A stretch of DNA of 20,000 nucleotides from an uncultured virus (IMG/VR IMGVR_UViG_3300034072_000228) (Duplodnaviria; Heunggongvirae; Uroviricota; Caudoviricetes), in the IMG/VR virus record IMGVR_UViG_3300034072_000228; one strand, given 5' to 3'. Every line of letters starts with the position of its first letter. The stretch's first letter is position 1. This document shows positions 8,772 to 17,552 of the stretch, piece by piece. The notes beneath the pieces were generated by a model, which saw nothing but the letters and a program-made list of their open reading frames with translations, ran no database searches and was not told where the DNA came from. The position numbers and the translations under genes are program-made.

Positions 8772-11700
8772 ATAAATCTCCCATCAGGGCGCCTATGCCA
8801 TAGGGTAAATATGGATCTAATGGGCGCAGGTAATTAGGATACGGCATTTGGAAACTTCCTGAAAGCTCAGGGGGCGGTACAACAGGCAATTCCCATGGGG
8901 GCGGTGGAGGTTGTGTTGGCGGTGTCGTAACAACTGGCGGAATAACCGGTGGATTTACTACCGGAGGCCTAACTACAGGACCTCCACCAGTTGGAACAGT
9001 TGCGGTGTTGATCGTTGTGTCAGGAACGCCCACTGTTGGAATTTGAAGATCTACAGGAGGCACTCCGCTGGTTGGGGGGCCAAGATCTATGGGCGGAACA
9101 CCGCCGGGAGGAACAAGATCTGCCGGCGGGACGTCTCCGGTTGGTATTATTCCGCTAGGAGGGAATAGCTCACCAACAGGTGGTGATACCGATGTATTAA
9201 TTGTCGAAATATTTAGATCTGGTGGTGGTATGTCTGGGAAGGGTATGGTATCAATTGGCGGGTATATGCCGCCCGGTGGTTGCAAACCTTCTGGCCGACT
9301 TTCTGTTTCTAATTCTAGTTTGATTGGCGTCCCGTACGCCTCCCCAGTTGCTCCGTTGAAAAATAAATCACCACCAACAACTGGTTTAATCCCTGAAATT
9401 CCTACAATTTGTGGGTTACCCATACCTGTTGTAACAAAAGCAGTTTGATTCAACGGATCAATACTTTGCACAGTGCCGACTAAAATATCAGGCAACGCCG
9501 TGTTAATCGTGGTCTGTCCTGATGCTGTATTTAACGGAACATATGACGGCATTTGCACCGTAGAAAGCGTGGAAGGACTCGTGACGGGAACATACTGCTG
9601 GAAGCCGTTTTCGTCTATTGTTTTTTGTACTTGTGTTGCTACACCCTCGCCCATAACAACCTGGCTGCCTGGATTCAACGACGTAGCGCTTGACACACTA
9701 GACGCCGGGACAAAAGCTAGTGTTCCGTTGTTTGTTATGACAATAGAGCCTTTGTCGTTTGACGACACGACCGTACCAATATCAATAGGCCCATTTAAAG
9801 CGTTGATATTGATAGATTCAGCCAGCTTGGTTGACAATAAAGCTGTTAAACCACCTGTATTTTGTAAAGCGGCTATTGCCTCTGGGTCGGCTTGAGTTAG
9901 CAAATTCAACGCATTATTTTGGATTTGCGTAGCATCAATCGTGTTAGGCGTTCCGTCGGCCATCGTTACATTGAATTTGTTCCCATCCAGATTAACGCTA
10001 TTAACGGTATATCCTTGGCTTTCGTTATCAAAAACCAAGTCAAATATCGTTTCCGTTGGCAAGCTTATTGAAAACTCATTGTTTACCGGCCCTTTATCGT
10101 CGCCTACTACAGTTGCTGTTGGCTGGTTTGCAATAGACTCTAATAAGATTGGCTGACCTTGATTGTTTGTGATTGGCTTATTATCTGGGCCAGTAAGCAG
10201 ACCAACGGTTTGTACTACTGGCGTGACATCCAAGACGTCCTCAATAGTCTTATCAAATCCTTTTCTTGACATTTCATCGGCGTACTCAATGGTTATTACC
10301 CCAAGATTTGCCGCTCTTGATGCGGCATACGCACCCCCGCCAAGACCTAAAGCTATATTTGTTGCGCCAAATACGATCTCCATTTGAGATGCTACTAATT
10401 CTGCTAACTCTTGGGCGTTCTGTGGAGTTGTGTCTGTGATGCCATGAATCTTGTCATTGGCAATTTGTAGAGCCGTTGTAACACCCTCCGCCACCTGCTC
10501 TACACCGTTTATTTTGGCCCAAGTGCCAACCATGTCTTTAATTTGCTGCTTGCTTGCATTCGCAGGTAGGCTTGCGTACCCATTCACTAGGCTATCCCTT
10601 ATTGCAACTGATGTGCCAGGAGCCGCGCCTTTTAAAGAGCTTAAAAGAAACTTATTTCCTACCCATTCGCCAATATATTCAGCAACACCAGAACCTAGAG
10701 TTCTTGTTAGATTGTCTACATCTGACAAACCCCTAACTTGGCCGTCCCTAAACGTATCGTTCATTGCCACTATGGTCGGTGCTATTGCGCTTGACCAAGC
10801 GGTTCCCCCGCTTAATAAAATTGATAAGCCAGAAAGAACGCCGGACGACACAGCAAGTGTTTTTTCTACATCAGGGCTTGTAGCAGCAATATTTCGTGCT
10901 GCAAAAAAGGCATCTCTTGAAGCCTCTCCAACGCGTTCCGCCGCTTCGGTTTGATTTAATCCACGAAGCACGCCTTCAACAAATGTTGCCCCGGTTCCTC
11001 CGACTGCCATAGCCATGTGGCCCAAACCGGCAAGATACGGACTTCCTGCTGCCGAGTAAGAATTTAACGGGGCTTCTGTTGGCTGTTTATAAGCCGCGCT
11101 AGTAGCTACGATTCCAGCACGCGTTGACATATCTGAAGCTCTTGCAGCAGCAATATTGTAGGCAGATGCGTTCAGTTGATTTGCAGAACCTGTTTTACTA
11201 ATCAACTCATTAGCTGCTATTACATAACTGCGATAGTCTTCTGGGTCTTTACCGCCCCCTGCCGCTTGGAATCCTTGTAACGTGTACATACCATTAGCTG
11301 CTCGCGCTTGCGGTACATCAGTCGAACCTGGGACTTCCACGCCCGTTGTAGGCGCCTTTGGCGATATTTCATTGCCTCTGTAATCGTAGGTTTTACCGTT
11401 AAGCTCGTATCCAGTTACTCCGCCTTTCGCATTCGTAATTAACGTAGCTTCTTTTGATATTCTGTACTCATTACCTTGGGCGTCTTTCAATACTGTTTTT
11501 CCTAGATCACCCTCATAAAACTTACCACCATAGCTAAATGAGGCACCTTTTCCGTATGCTAATTCAGCCATCTCCCTAGCTTGCTCAAGCGTCGGTGCAC
11601 GATCAATCAGCATGGCTTCTAGCTGGGCTTGATTGAGGTTGTAGTAATCCAAGGCACCTGTTCTTTGCGCCTCTCTTATTTGCGCAATCGCATCTTTATT

Positions 11701-14700
11701 GGCAAGCTGGCCAACACCCGTATCTTCTGCCTCTGTACCGGCCATCTTTGAAAGCGCCGCCGGATCTCCGCTAATCAGCGCCTGTGCAAACTGAAGTGCG
11801 TTGTCATATCCGGCATATTCATCAACACCAGTGACCGGTTTTGACATATCCGTTGAAATCATCTCACCGGGAGGTCTAACAATCCCCGTCGTTGCCACTT
11901 CGCTACCAAGTTCGGTCTCGTTAATGTCCCTAAATAACGCCTCACCTTGGATGGTTTCAGTCCTTGGTGTACTCGTTAACACCTCTTTCTGTACAGTATC
12001 CAAACCAGATAGATCAACAGCCGGGGGCTTTTGTGCGGTATTTGTAGCAGCAGCAGTTGATAAACTCTGGAAAACGTCCTGATTTCTCATGACAAAATTA
12101 ACAACGCCCGCCGGGTTTTGTGCAAGGCTCGCTATATTTTTGCCTCCAGAAGCCACCGTTTCAATCAAAAGCCTTGCTTGAGGTGCTGTAAGCGCACCAC
12201 CACTTGCGTCAACAATTGTGCCGATGACCGTAGGCTTAACACCTGCCAAAGCCATTTGACCTAAATCTATCTCACCCGTAGATATAAGTTGCGTTACAGC
12301 ATTACCCACCGCGCTAGAAACTCCAGTAGGCAACCCAGTAGTAATCGAATTAACCGCATTGGCCGTTAACTGACCCATGACAGGCGCAACACCGCCGGTT
12401 ATGAAACCTTTCTCAAAATCACCGCCGGTTAATTCAGATACCGTACCGTTGTATATGCCATTCACAATAGCCGTGGCCGCATAACCAGCCACTGAAGCAG
12501 GTATGCCCGCCGCCATCAGTGATCCTGTTAGACCCGTCCCGCCAAGAGCGGCCTGAGCTACAGCACCCTCTACACCAGCAACAGCCGCCGGTGCCGCCCC
12601 AATCAGTTGTGGAAGTATCTGTGGCGCAAGGATTGATGCGCCAAATGCAACCAATGTTGATATTGTCTTTTTGTCTGATGTATCTGTAAACGTCGTGCCA
12701 AATACAGGCTTACCAGAATCATCAACTGAGAAGCTATATACAGTTCCGCCTTTTCCAGTATAAGTTGCTCCTAAGCTTGGCGCCTCTTCACCAGTCTCTG
12801 GATCGATTAACTTGGTAACTTTGGTTTCGGTTGGCGGGCCGGCCTCTACGTTGTAATCAAGCTCAGTTACTTCAGTAGGCTTGTACTTGCTTAGTTCTGA
12901 TACATCCTTAATACCAGCGTTCAACAAACCTCTCGCAATATCAATTGCCACCTGGTCAAATGTCGTGGGCTCCTTACCCTCTGGGAATAGCTTCTTGGCT
13001 TCGTTGTAATCAAAGCCAACGCTTTCACCAGATGTTTTATAAACACCGCCGCTTGAGTTTTTGAGGTCAAAGTTTTGCTTGACTTGATTTGCAAGGTTTA
13101 ACAAATCATTTGCCGAGTACTGCTTTCCTTTGTAATCAGTCAACTTGACATCGCTAAGGCCTGTTTTGAACTCCTCTTCCTTAACGTAATTTTGCAGCCC
13201 AGTTAATAGATCTGAACGCTTATCTTCTGTGCCAATGTAATTGACCACATTGGATAAATCCATGTTGTTTTTCGATGCAAAATCAACAATCTCACTGTAT
13301 GAAAGCTGCTTATCTTCACCGGCAGCTGTTTGTAAACCTTCAATAATTGGCTTGTCAGCCACGTACTTCTGCAAACCTGCTAATAGTTCGGGCTGTTTAT
13401 CTGCCGCACCTATGTATTTAACTATATCCTCAAGCGTAAAGTTATTAGCAGTCGTGTAATTAAGTATCTCGTCATACGATAATTGTTTATCAGACCCGGC
13501 AGCTGTTTGTAGCCCCTCGGATATTTGTTTATCAGTATTGTATTTTGTTAATGCTTCTGGCGTTACATTAATTGCCTTGGCTACATCTGCAATAGGTATT
13601 TTGTTTTGATTCGCATATTCCAGGGCCGCATCAAATGTTATTTTTCCGTCTTTATCTGCAAAAGTCTTAAGGCCGTTAAGTATTGATTCTGTTGTTGGCG
13701 CAGCAGTTGTTTTAACTGGCTCTTCCGCTATTGCCTTTCCTGCCGTGCTTATTCGATTCCATTGATTATATCCAACCGGTCCAACCGCTTTTTCAAATAA
13801 AGTTTGAATTTGCGAGTCTGATAGACCTTTTGATAAAAGTCTTGCGTATTCCTTGCCCCAAGCTTGTTCAGATGTTTGTGTTTCCGTCCATTCGCTCGGT
13901 CCGGTGCTAGGTGCGGTACTTGCAGGAGGTGTAGTAGTTTTCTGGCTTAAAAAGTCACTAACTTCCTGTACCGTATAGCCAGTAGCACTTGCGAGTTGTT
14001 CGTTGGTTACACCGTATTGATTTTTGTAGTTGTTTATCTCAACAGACTTCTGAGCATCTGTAAGGTCCGTCCGCTTCATAATGCCTTGCGTGAAGGCTTG
14101 CATATAGATCGGACTTTTATAATCTATGACGGGTGTTCCCTGCTCCTTAACAGTTGCCACGGTTGACGTTGGCGTAGCTTGTGGATAGGCTTTTATTGAT
14201 TGAGCACCCGTCCAATTCCCGTACTCGTCTTTTCCAAAAATGCGATTGATCTGATCGTATTCTGCTGGCGTACTTGCGTAATACCTTGCGTATCCAGCAA
14301 GCTCCTCCATGGTCATACCAAGCGCTGCGGCACTCTCACCTTCGCTTAATTCATTCCTCTCTATCCTGTCCATGACTGCTTTGACCGCAGCCTTTGGGTC
14401 AGTCCCCACTCTTCCAAAGAAATCACCCTTGACCGAGTCCATTTGGACTTGGTTCATTCTTTCTTCTTTGGTATACGGCATCCCAGTTACAGGATCTCTG
14501 CCGTAAGGTGCATTTGCGTTCAAGTTTGCCTGCTCCGCTGTTAGTGCGGCAAACTCATTAAGCGCGCCTTTGTGGATTATCTGTTTTCCATCCACGCCTT
14601 CTACTAAAACATAGTTACTTCTGTCATCAAGAATTTTTTGTATATCGCTTGGTGATATACCAGTAGCATGTGATGCAAACCCTATTAAATCGCTATCCGA

Positions 14701-17247
14701 TAACCCATACTCTCTTTGTATGTTTAATAATCTAGCGCTATCTGAATAAAGCCATTTTTGGGCATCTTCATTTAATAAATAATCCGATCTGATGGTACTT
14801 AATATACCAAGCGCGTTCCTTTGCTGCGGCGTCAGTTTTTCTGGATCATATCCATAGTACCCATCCTTGACGTAGGTACTGTGCATCTCACTGTAAGGTA
14901 TATCTGTACCCTCTACAAATGTACCGAATTTACCGCCAGCCTCCTCAAACTTTCTTTGATTATCTAGCAGCGTTGCAACTTTAGAACCAGCGTCAGGATC
15001 GTAAAAGTATTGACCCTGACTTGATCCAACAGCACGTATTGGTTTACCTGTTACGGGGTCATATCCAACAAAAGAACTAATGCGATATAACTCGTTTACA
15101 TTTTCGCCTGTTATTGGCTTGCCTGATACATCTAAAAAGACTGTGTTCGCAGCAGCTTCCGCATCTGACTGACGACTGCCAATAACACTTCCCAATAGTT
15201 GCTGCGTCGTCATCCCTGGCTGATACAAGTTCGCAATCTCAGCTTGAGCTCCATAGCTTGTACCTAGTCCGGCCTTGGTGTAAGCGCTTATAAATGCTTG
15301 CTTATCTGCCTCTGGTATTTCATTAAACCTGGTTCTGTCGTATGCGCTATCCGCTAGCGCCGCATCTAATTCATAAAGCCCTGTAGCGTCTGAACTTGTT
15401 AGGTAATTCTGTATTGCCTGCTCTCGGCTAATAGGATTTAAAAGCCTAGATACTTGATCGTCTGAGAAACCCGTGGCGGTTGCTAAATCTTTTTCGGATA
15501 ACTTGTTTTGCTGTAAATACGTTTTAATGCTTGCCGCTTGCTCACCTATATTTTTGTCTTCGCTTGCAAGCACTCCATTAACAAATGTCTTAAGCTGATT
15601 TAATTCTTTGCCTGTTTTATACTCTGTAATTGTATTTGCATTTACACCTAAATAAGTAGCCAACTCATCAATCGTCATATCCCTATCGTCAGCAAAATCG
15701 AGTGCTGCGTCATAGGTAATTTTCCCGCTTGAATCGGCTAAGGCATTTAACCCTGTCCTGATACTTGAATCTTTTACATAATCGGTGATTGCTTTTGGTG
15801 TTACGCCTAAATAACCTGCTAGCTGGTCATTACTTAGGTTATTTGTTCTTGCGTAATCAAGAGCTGCATCAAAACTAATCTTGCCATCAGTTCCGGCAAG
15901 TGCATTTAATCCGTCACGAATATCGGTCGTATTAATTGATTGCGTAACCTTATCTGCCGCAATCCCAAACATGCTGTTTAGTGACTTACTGGGGTCAATC
16001 CCGTTGTCTCTTAGGTTGTCAGCAATATAGTCCAAATTGCTTGACACCAAACTTGACATCTCAGCTGGCGTTTTGCCAAAGAACTTAGCTAAATTCTCTG
16101 GGGATACCTGACCTTGAGATGCCGCTCTGATCGCATCCGCAAGATCTACTGACGTTACATCCTTACCGTCAACCTTTTTTGTTGTGGCTAGCCTATTTAA
16201 CGCTAACCTGTCGTCTTCATAATTTAGGCTGTCAACAATCTGCTGCGGCGTTGTGTCTTTGAATTTACCTTCTAGCGCATTAGCAACTGCTTGAAATGAC
16301 AGATTGTTGTTGTTTGCGTAGTTAACAAGCGCTTCATAAGTAATGGAGCCGGATGTCGGTATGAGCGCTGTTATTTCAGAAACTATCGTGTCTTTTGTTT
16401 TTCCAGAAGCAGCATACTGTTTGTTTACACGCGTGTACTCGCTCTCTGGCAAACCCATCGCCTGTTCATACTCGGCAATTGCTTTTGGTGTTGCTGCAAG
16501 TGTTGATTTTGCTTGAACTGCTTCGTATCCGCCGTATTGATTAAATTCACTTGTCGGTACACCTCCAGTCATCGCCCTATACATTAGGTCGTTAGCGATC
16601 CCTGTAGTGACAGTAGGGGGTGGTGGCGGTGGTGGCGGTGGTGGCGGTGGAGCTTTATTAATACGCGTGTATTCGCTCTCCGGAAGGCCCATCGCTTTTT
16701 CATATGCAGCGATTGAATTGGGTGTCTCTGTAAGCGTTGATTTTGCGCGTAAAGCATCCCACCCGCCGTATCTATCAAGCTCACTTGTCGGCACGCCTCC
16801 TCCGACCATCATCCTATACATTAGGTCGTTGGCAATATCTACCGTTAGCGTTGGGGGTGGCGGAGGCGGCGGCGGAGGCGGCGGCGGCGGAGGCGGCGGA
16901 GGTGGAGGTGGAGGTGGAGGTGGAGGTGGAGGTGGAGGTGGAGGTGGAGGTGGAGGTGGAGGGGGTGGAGGTGGCGGTGGAGGTGTTTGGGCAGCGATAC
17001 GAGCAGCTTCTTGGTCAACTGCTGCTTGCCGCTCAGCCAAAAGTCTGGCGGCTTCTTGTTCGGCGGCCTGTCTATCAGCCGCCAGAATAGCTTGGTAAGT
17101 TGCGTCTAATTGTTTTTGTGATTCGTTTACATTGTTTAAAGACGCAGCCGCCTGTGGACTATTTGCGCCAAAATATTCAACTGCTAAAAAATACGTCCCA
17201 ATAGCAGAGTTGAGAGAATTTTGGGCTATTTCTAACGAAGACGCCAT
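8698..17247 (-). CDS. Giant repeat-rich protein (2849 aa), possibly an internal virion/ejection protein
   Basis: Uninterrupted 8.5-kb ORF co-oriented with the operon. Poly-Pro tracts, helical repeats, Gly/Ala hydrophobic segments and a Pro-rich C-terminus. The function is inferred. Confidence 0.85.
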   Translation of the reverse strand: MASSLEIAQNSLNSAIGTYFLAVEYFGANSPQAAASLNNVNESQKQLDATYQAILAADRQAAEQEAARLLAERQAAVDQEAARIAAQTPPPPPPPPPPPPPPPPPPPPPPPPPPPPPPPPPPPPPPPPPPPPTLTVDIANDLMYRMMVGGGVPTSELDRYGGWDALRAKSTLTETPNSIAAYEKAMGLPESEYTRINKAPPPPPPPPPPPPTVTTGIANDLMYRAMTGGVPTSEFNQYGGYEAVQAKSTLAATPKAIAEYEQAMGLPESEYTRVNKQYAASGKTKDTIVSEITALIPTSGSITYEALVNYANNNNLSFQAVANALEGKFKDTTPQQIVDSLNYEDDRLALNRLATTKKVDGKDVTSVDLADAIRAASQGQVSPENLAKFFGKTPAEMSSLVSSNLDYIADNLRDNGIDPSKSLNSMFGIAADKVTQSINTTDIRDGLNALAGTDGKISFDAALDYARTNNLSNDQLAGYLGVTPKAITDYVKDSSIRTGLNALADSSGKITYDAALDFADDRDMTIDELATYLGVNANTITEYKTGKELNQLKTFVNGVLASEDKNIGEQAASIKTYLQQNKLSEKDLATATGFSDDQVSRLLNPISREQAIQNYLTSSDATGLYELDAALADSAYDRTRFNEIPEADKQAFISAYTKAGLGTSYGAQAEIANLYQPGMTTQQLLGSVIGSRQSDAEAAANTVFLDVSGKPITGENVNELYRISSFVGYDPVTGKPIRAVGSSQGQYFYDPDAGSKVATLLDNQRKFEEAGGKFGTFVEGTDIPYSEMHSTYVKDGYYGYDPEKLTPQQRNALGILSTIRSDYLLNEDAQKWLYSDSARLLNIQREYGLSDSDLIGFASHATGISPSDIQKILDDRSNYVLVEGVDGKQIIHKGALNEFAALTAEQANLNANAPYGRDPVTGMPYTKEERMNQVQMDSVKGDFFGRVGTDPKAAVKAVMDRIERNELSEGESAAALGMTMEELAGYARYYASTPAEYDQINRIFGKDEYGNWTGAQSIKAYPQATPTSTVATVKEQGTPVIDYKSPIYMQAFTQGIMKRTDLTDAQKSVEINNYKNQYGVTNEQLASATGYTVQEVSDFLSQKTTTPPASTAPSTGPSEWTETQTSEQAWGKEYARLLSKGLSDSQIQTLFEKAVGPVGYNQWNRISTAGKAIAEEPVKTTAAPTTESILNGLKTFADKDGKITFDAALEYANQNKIPIADVAKAINVTPEALTKYNTDKQISEGLQTAAGSDKQLSYDEILNYTTANNFTLEDIVKYIGAADKQPELLAGLQKYVADKPIIEGLQTAAGEDKQLSYSEIVDFASKNNMDLSNVVNYIGTEDKRSDLLTGLQNYVKEEEFKTGLSDVKLTDYKGKQYSANDLLNLANQVKQNFDLKNSSGGVYKTSGESVGFDYNEAKKLFPEGKEPTTFDQVAIDIARGLLNAGIKDVSELSKYKPTEVTELDYNVEAGPPTETKVTKLIDPETGEEAPSLGATYTGKGGTVYSFSVDDSGKPVFGTTFTDTSDKKTISTLVAFGASILAPQILPQLIGAAPAAVAGVEGAVAQAALGGTGLTGSLMAAGIPASVAGYAATAIVNGIYNGTVSELTGGDFEKGFITGGVAPVMGQLTANAVNSITTGLPTGVSSAVGNAVTQLISTGEIDLGQMALAGVKPTVIGTIVDASGGALTAPQARLLIETVASGGKNIASLAQNPAGVVNFVMRNQDVFQSLSTAAATNTAQKPPAVDLSGLDTVQKEVLTSTPRTETIQGEALFRDINETELGSEVATTGIVRPPGEMISTDMSKPVTGVDEYAGYDNALQFAQALISGDPAALSKMAGTEAEDTGVGQLANKDAIAQIREAQRTGALDYYNLNQAQLEAMLIDRAPTLEQAREMAELAYGKGASFSYGGKFYEGDLGKTVLKDAQGNEYRISKEATLITNAKGGVTGYELNGKTYDYRGNEISPKAPTTGVEVPGSTDVPQARAANGMYTLQGFQAAGGGKDPEDYRSYVIAANELISKTGSANQLNASAYNIAAARASDMSTRAGIVATSAAYKQPTEAPLNSYSAAGSPYLAGLGHMAMAVGGTGATFVEGVLRGLNQTEAAERVGEASRDAFFAARNIAATSPDVEKTLAVSSGVLSGLSILLSGGTAWSSAIAPTIVAMNDTFRDGQVRGLSDVDNLTRTLGSGVAEYIGEWVGNKFLLSSLKGAAPGTSVAIRDSLVNGYASLPANASKQQIKDMVGTWAKINGVEQVAEGVTTALQIANDKIHGITDTTPQNAQELAELVASQMEIVFGATNIALGLGGGAYAASRAANLGVITIEYADEMSRKGFDKTIEDVLDVTPVVQTVGLLTGPDNKPITNNQGQPILLESIANQPTATVVGDDKGPVNNEFSISLPTETIFDLVFDNESQGYTVNSVNLDGNKFNVTMADGTPNTIDATQIQNNALNLLTQADPEAIAALQNTGGLTALLSTKLAESININALNGPIDIGTVVSSNDKGSIVITNNGTLAFVPASSVSSATSLNPGSQVVMGEGVATQVQKTIDENGFQQYVPVTSPSTLSTVQMPSYVPLNTASGQTTINTALPDILVGTVQSIDPLNQTAFVTTGMGNPQIVGISGIKPVVGGDLFFNGATGEAYGTPIKLELETESRPEGLQPPGGIYPPIDTIPFPDIPPPDLNISTINTSVSPPVGELFPPSGIIPTGDVPPADLVPPGGVPPIDLGPPTSGVPPVDLQIPTVGVPDTTINTATVPTGGGPVVRPPVVNPPVIPPVVTTPPTQPPPPPWELPVVPPPELSGSFQMPYPNYLRPLDPYLPYGIGALMGDLYDEKQGNGGYQPFQNAQGQIKIPT
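16420..16851 (-). repeat. Two ~66-aa duplicated domains, each following a poly-Pro tract
   Basis: IANDLMYRMMVGGGVPTSELDRYGG...YEKAMGLPESEYTRINK versus IANDLMYRAMTGGVPTSEFNQYGG...YEQAMGLPESEYTRVNK. Confidence 0.93.
16852..16983 (-). repeat. 44 consecutive Pro codons, including (GGAGGT)10 on the + strand at 16898-16957
   Basis: Counted directly. A second tract of 12 Pro lies at 16615-16650. Confidence 0.95.
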
Positions 17248-17261
17248 CGTTCAACCAACTA

Positions 17262-17552
17262 TTAAGCGCAACCGCCTTTGTTCATCTTGACCATCTTTCC
17301 CTTGGTCTTTCCTTTTGTAGCTACACCATTGATACTAGGCGCGGCTGTTTTTACAGCACCCATTTTCTTGGGCATGACCGCACCACCATCTTTATAGCCA
17401 GCCATCTTCTTTGCAGGTTTCTTTTCCATTGATCTTTGCTCCGATAGTCCAATTGCAATCGCTTGCTTAGGGTTAGTTACTTTCTGGCCCGAGGAAGACT
17501 TAAGTTTACCTTCCTTGAACTCTTTCATTACGACGCCTACCTTGTCTTTCAT
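17262..17552 (-). CDS. DUF6496-like small basic protein with a C-terminal GKTKG module (96 aa)
   Basis: KVGVVMKEFKEGKLKSSSGQKVTNPKQAIAIGLSE matches my recollection of DUF6496. ATGA overlap with the upstream gene. Confidence 0.78.
   Translation of the reverse strand: MKDKVGVVMKEFKEGKLKSSSGQKVTNPKQAIAIGLSEQRSMEKKPAKKMAGYKDGGAVMPKKMGAVKTAAPSINGVATKGKTKGKMVKMNKGGCA

Noticed and set aside
16615..16983. Eukaryotic contamination (formin/extensin-like) or CRISPR-like array
   Set aside because: The tract is in frame within an intronless ORF in a phage operon and has no repeat-spacer structure.
16607..17098. Poly-Gly and (VE)n ORFs on the + strand
   Set aside because: Antisense readings of the poly-Pro tract.
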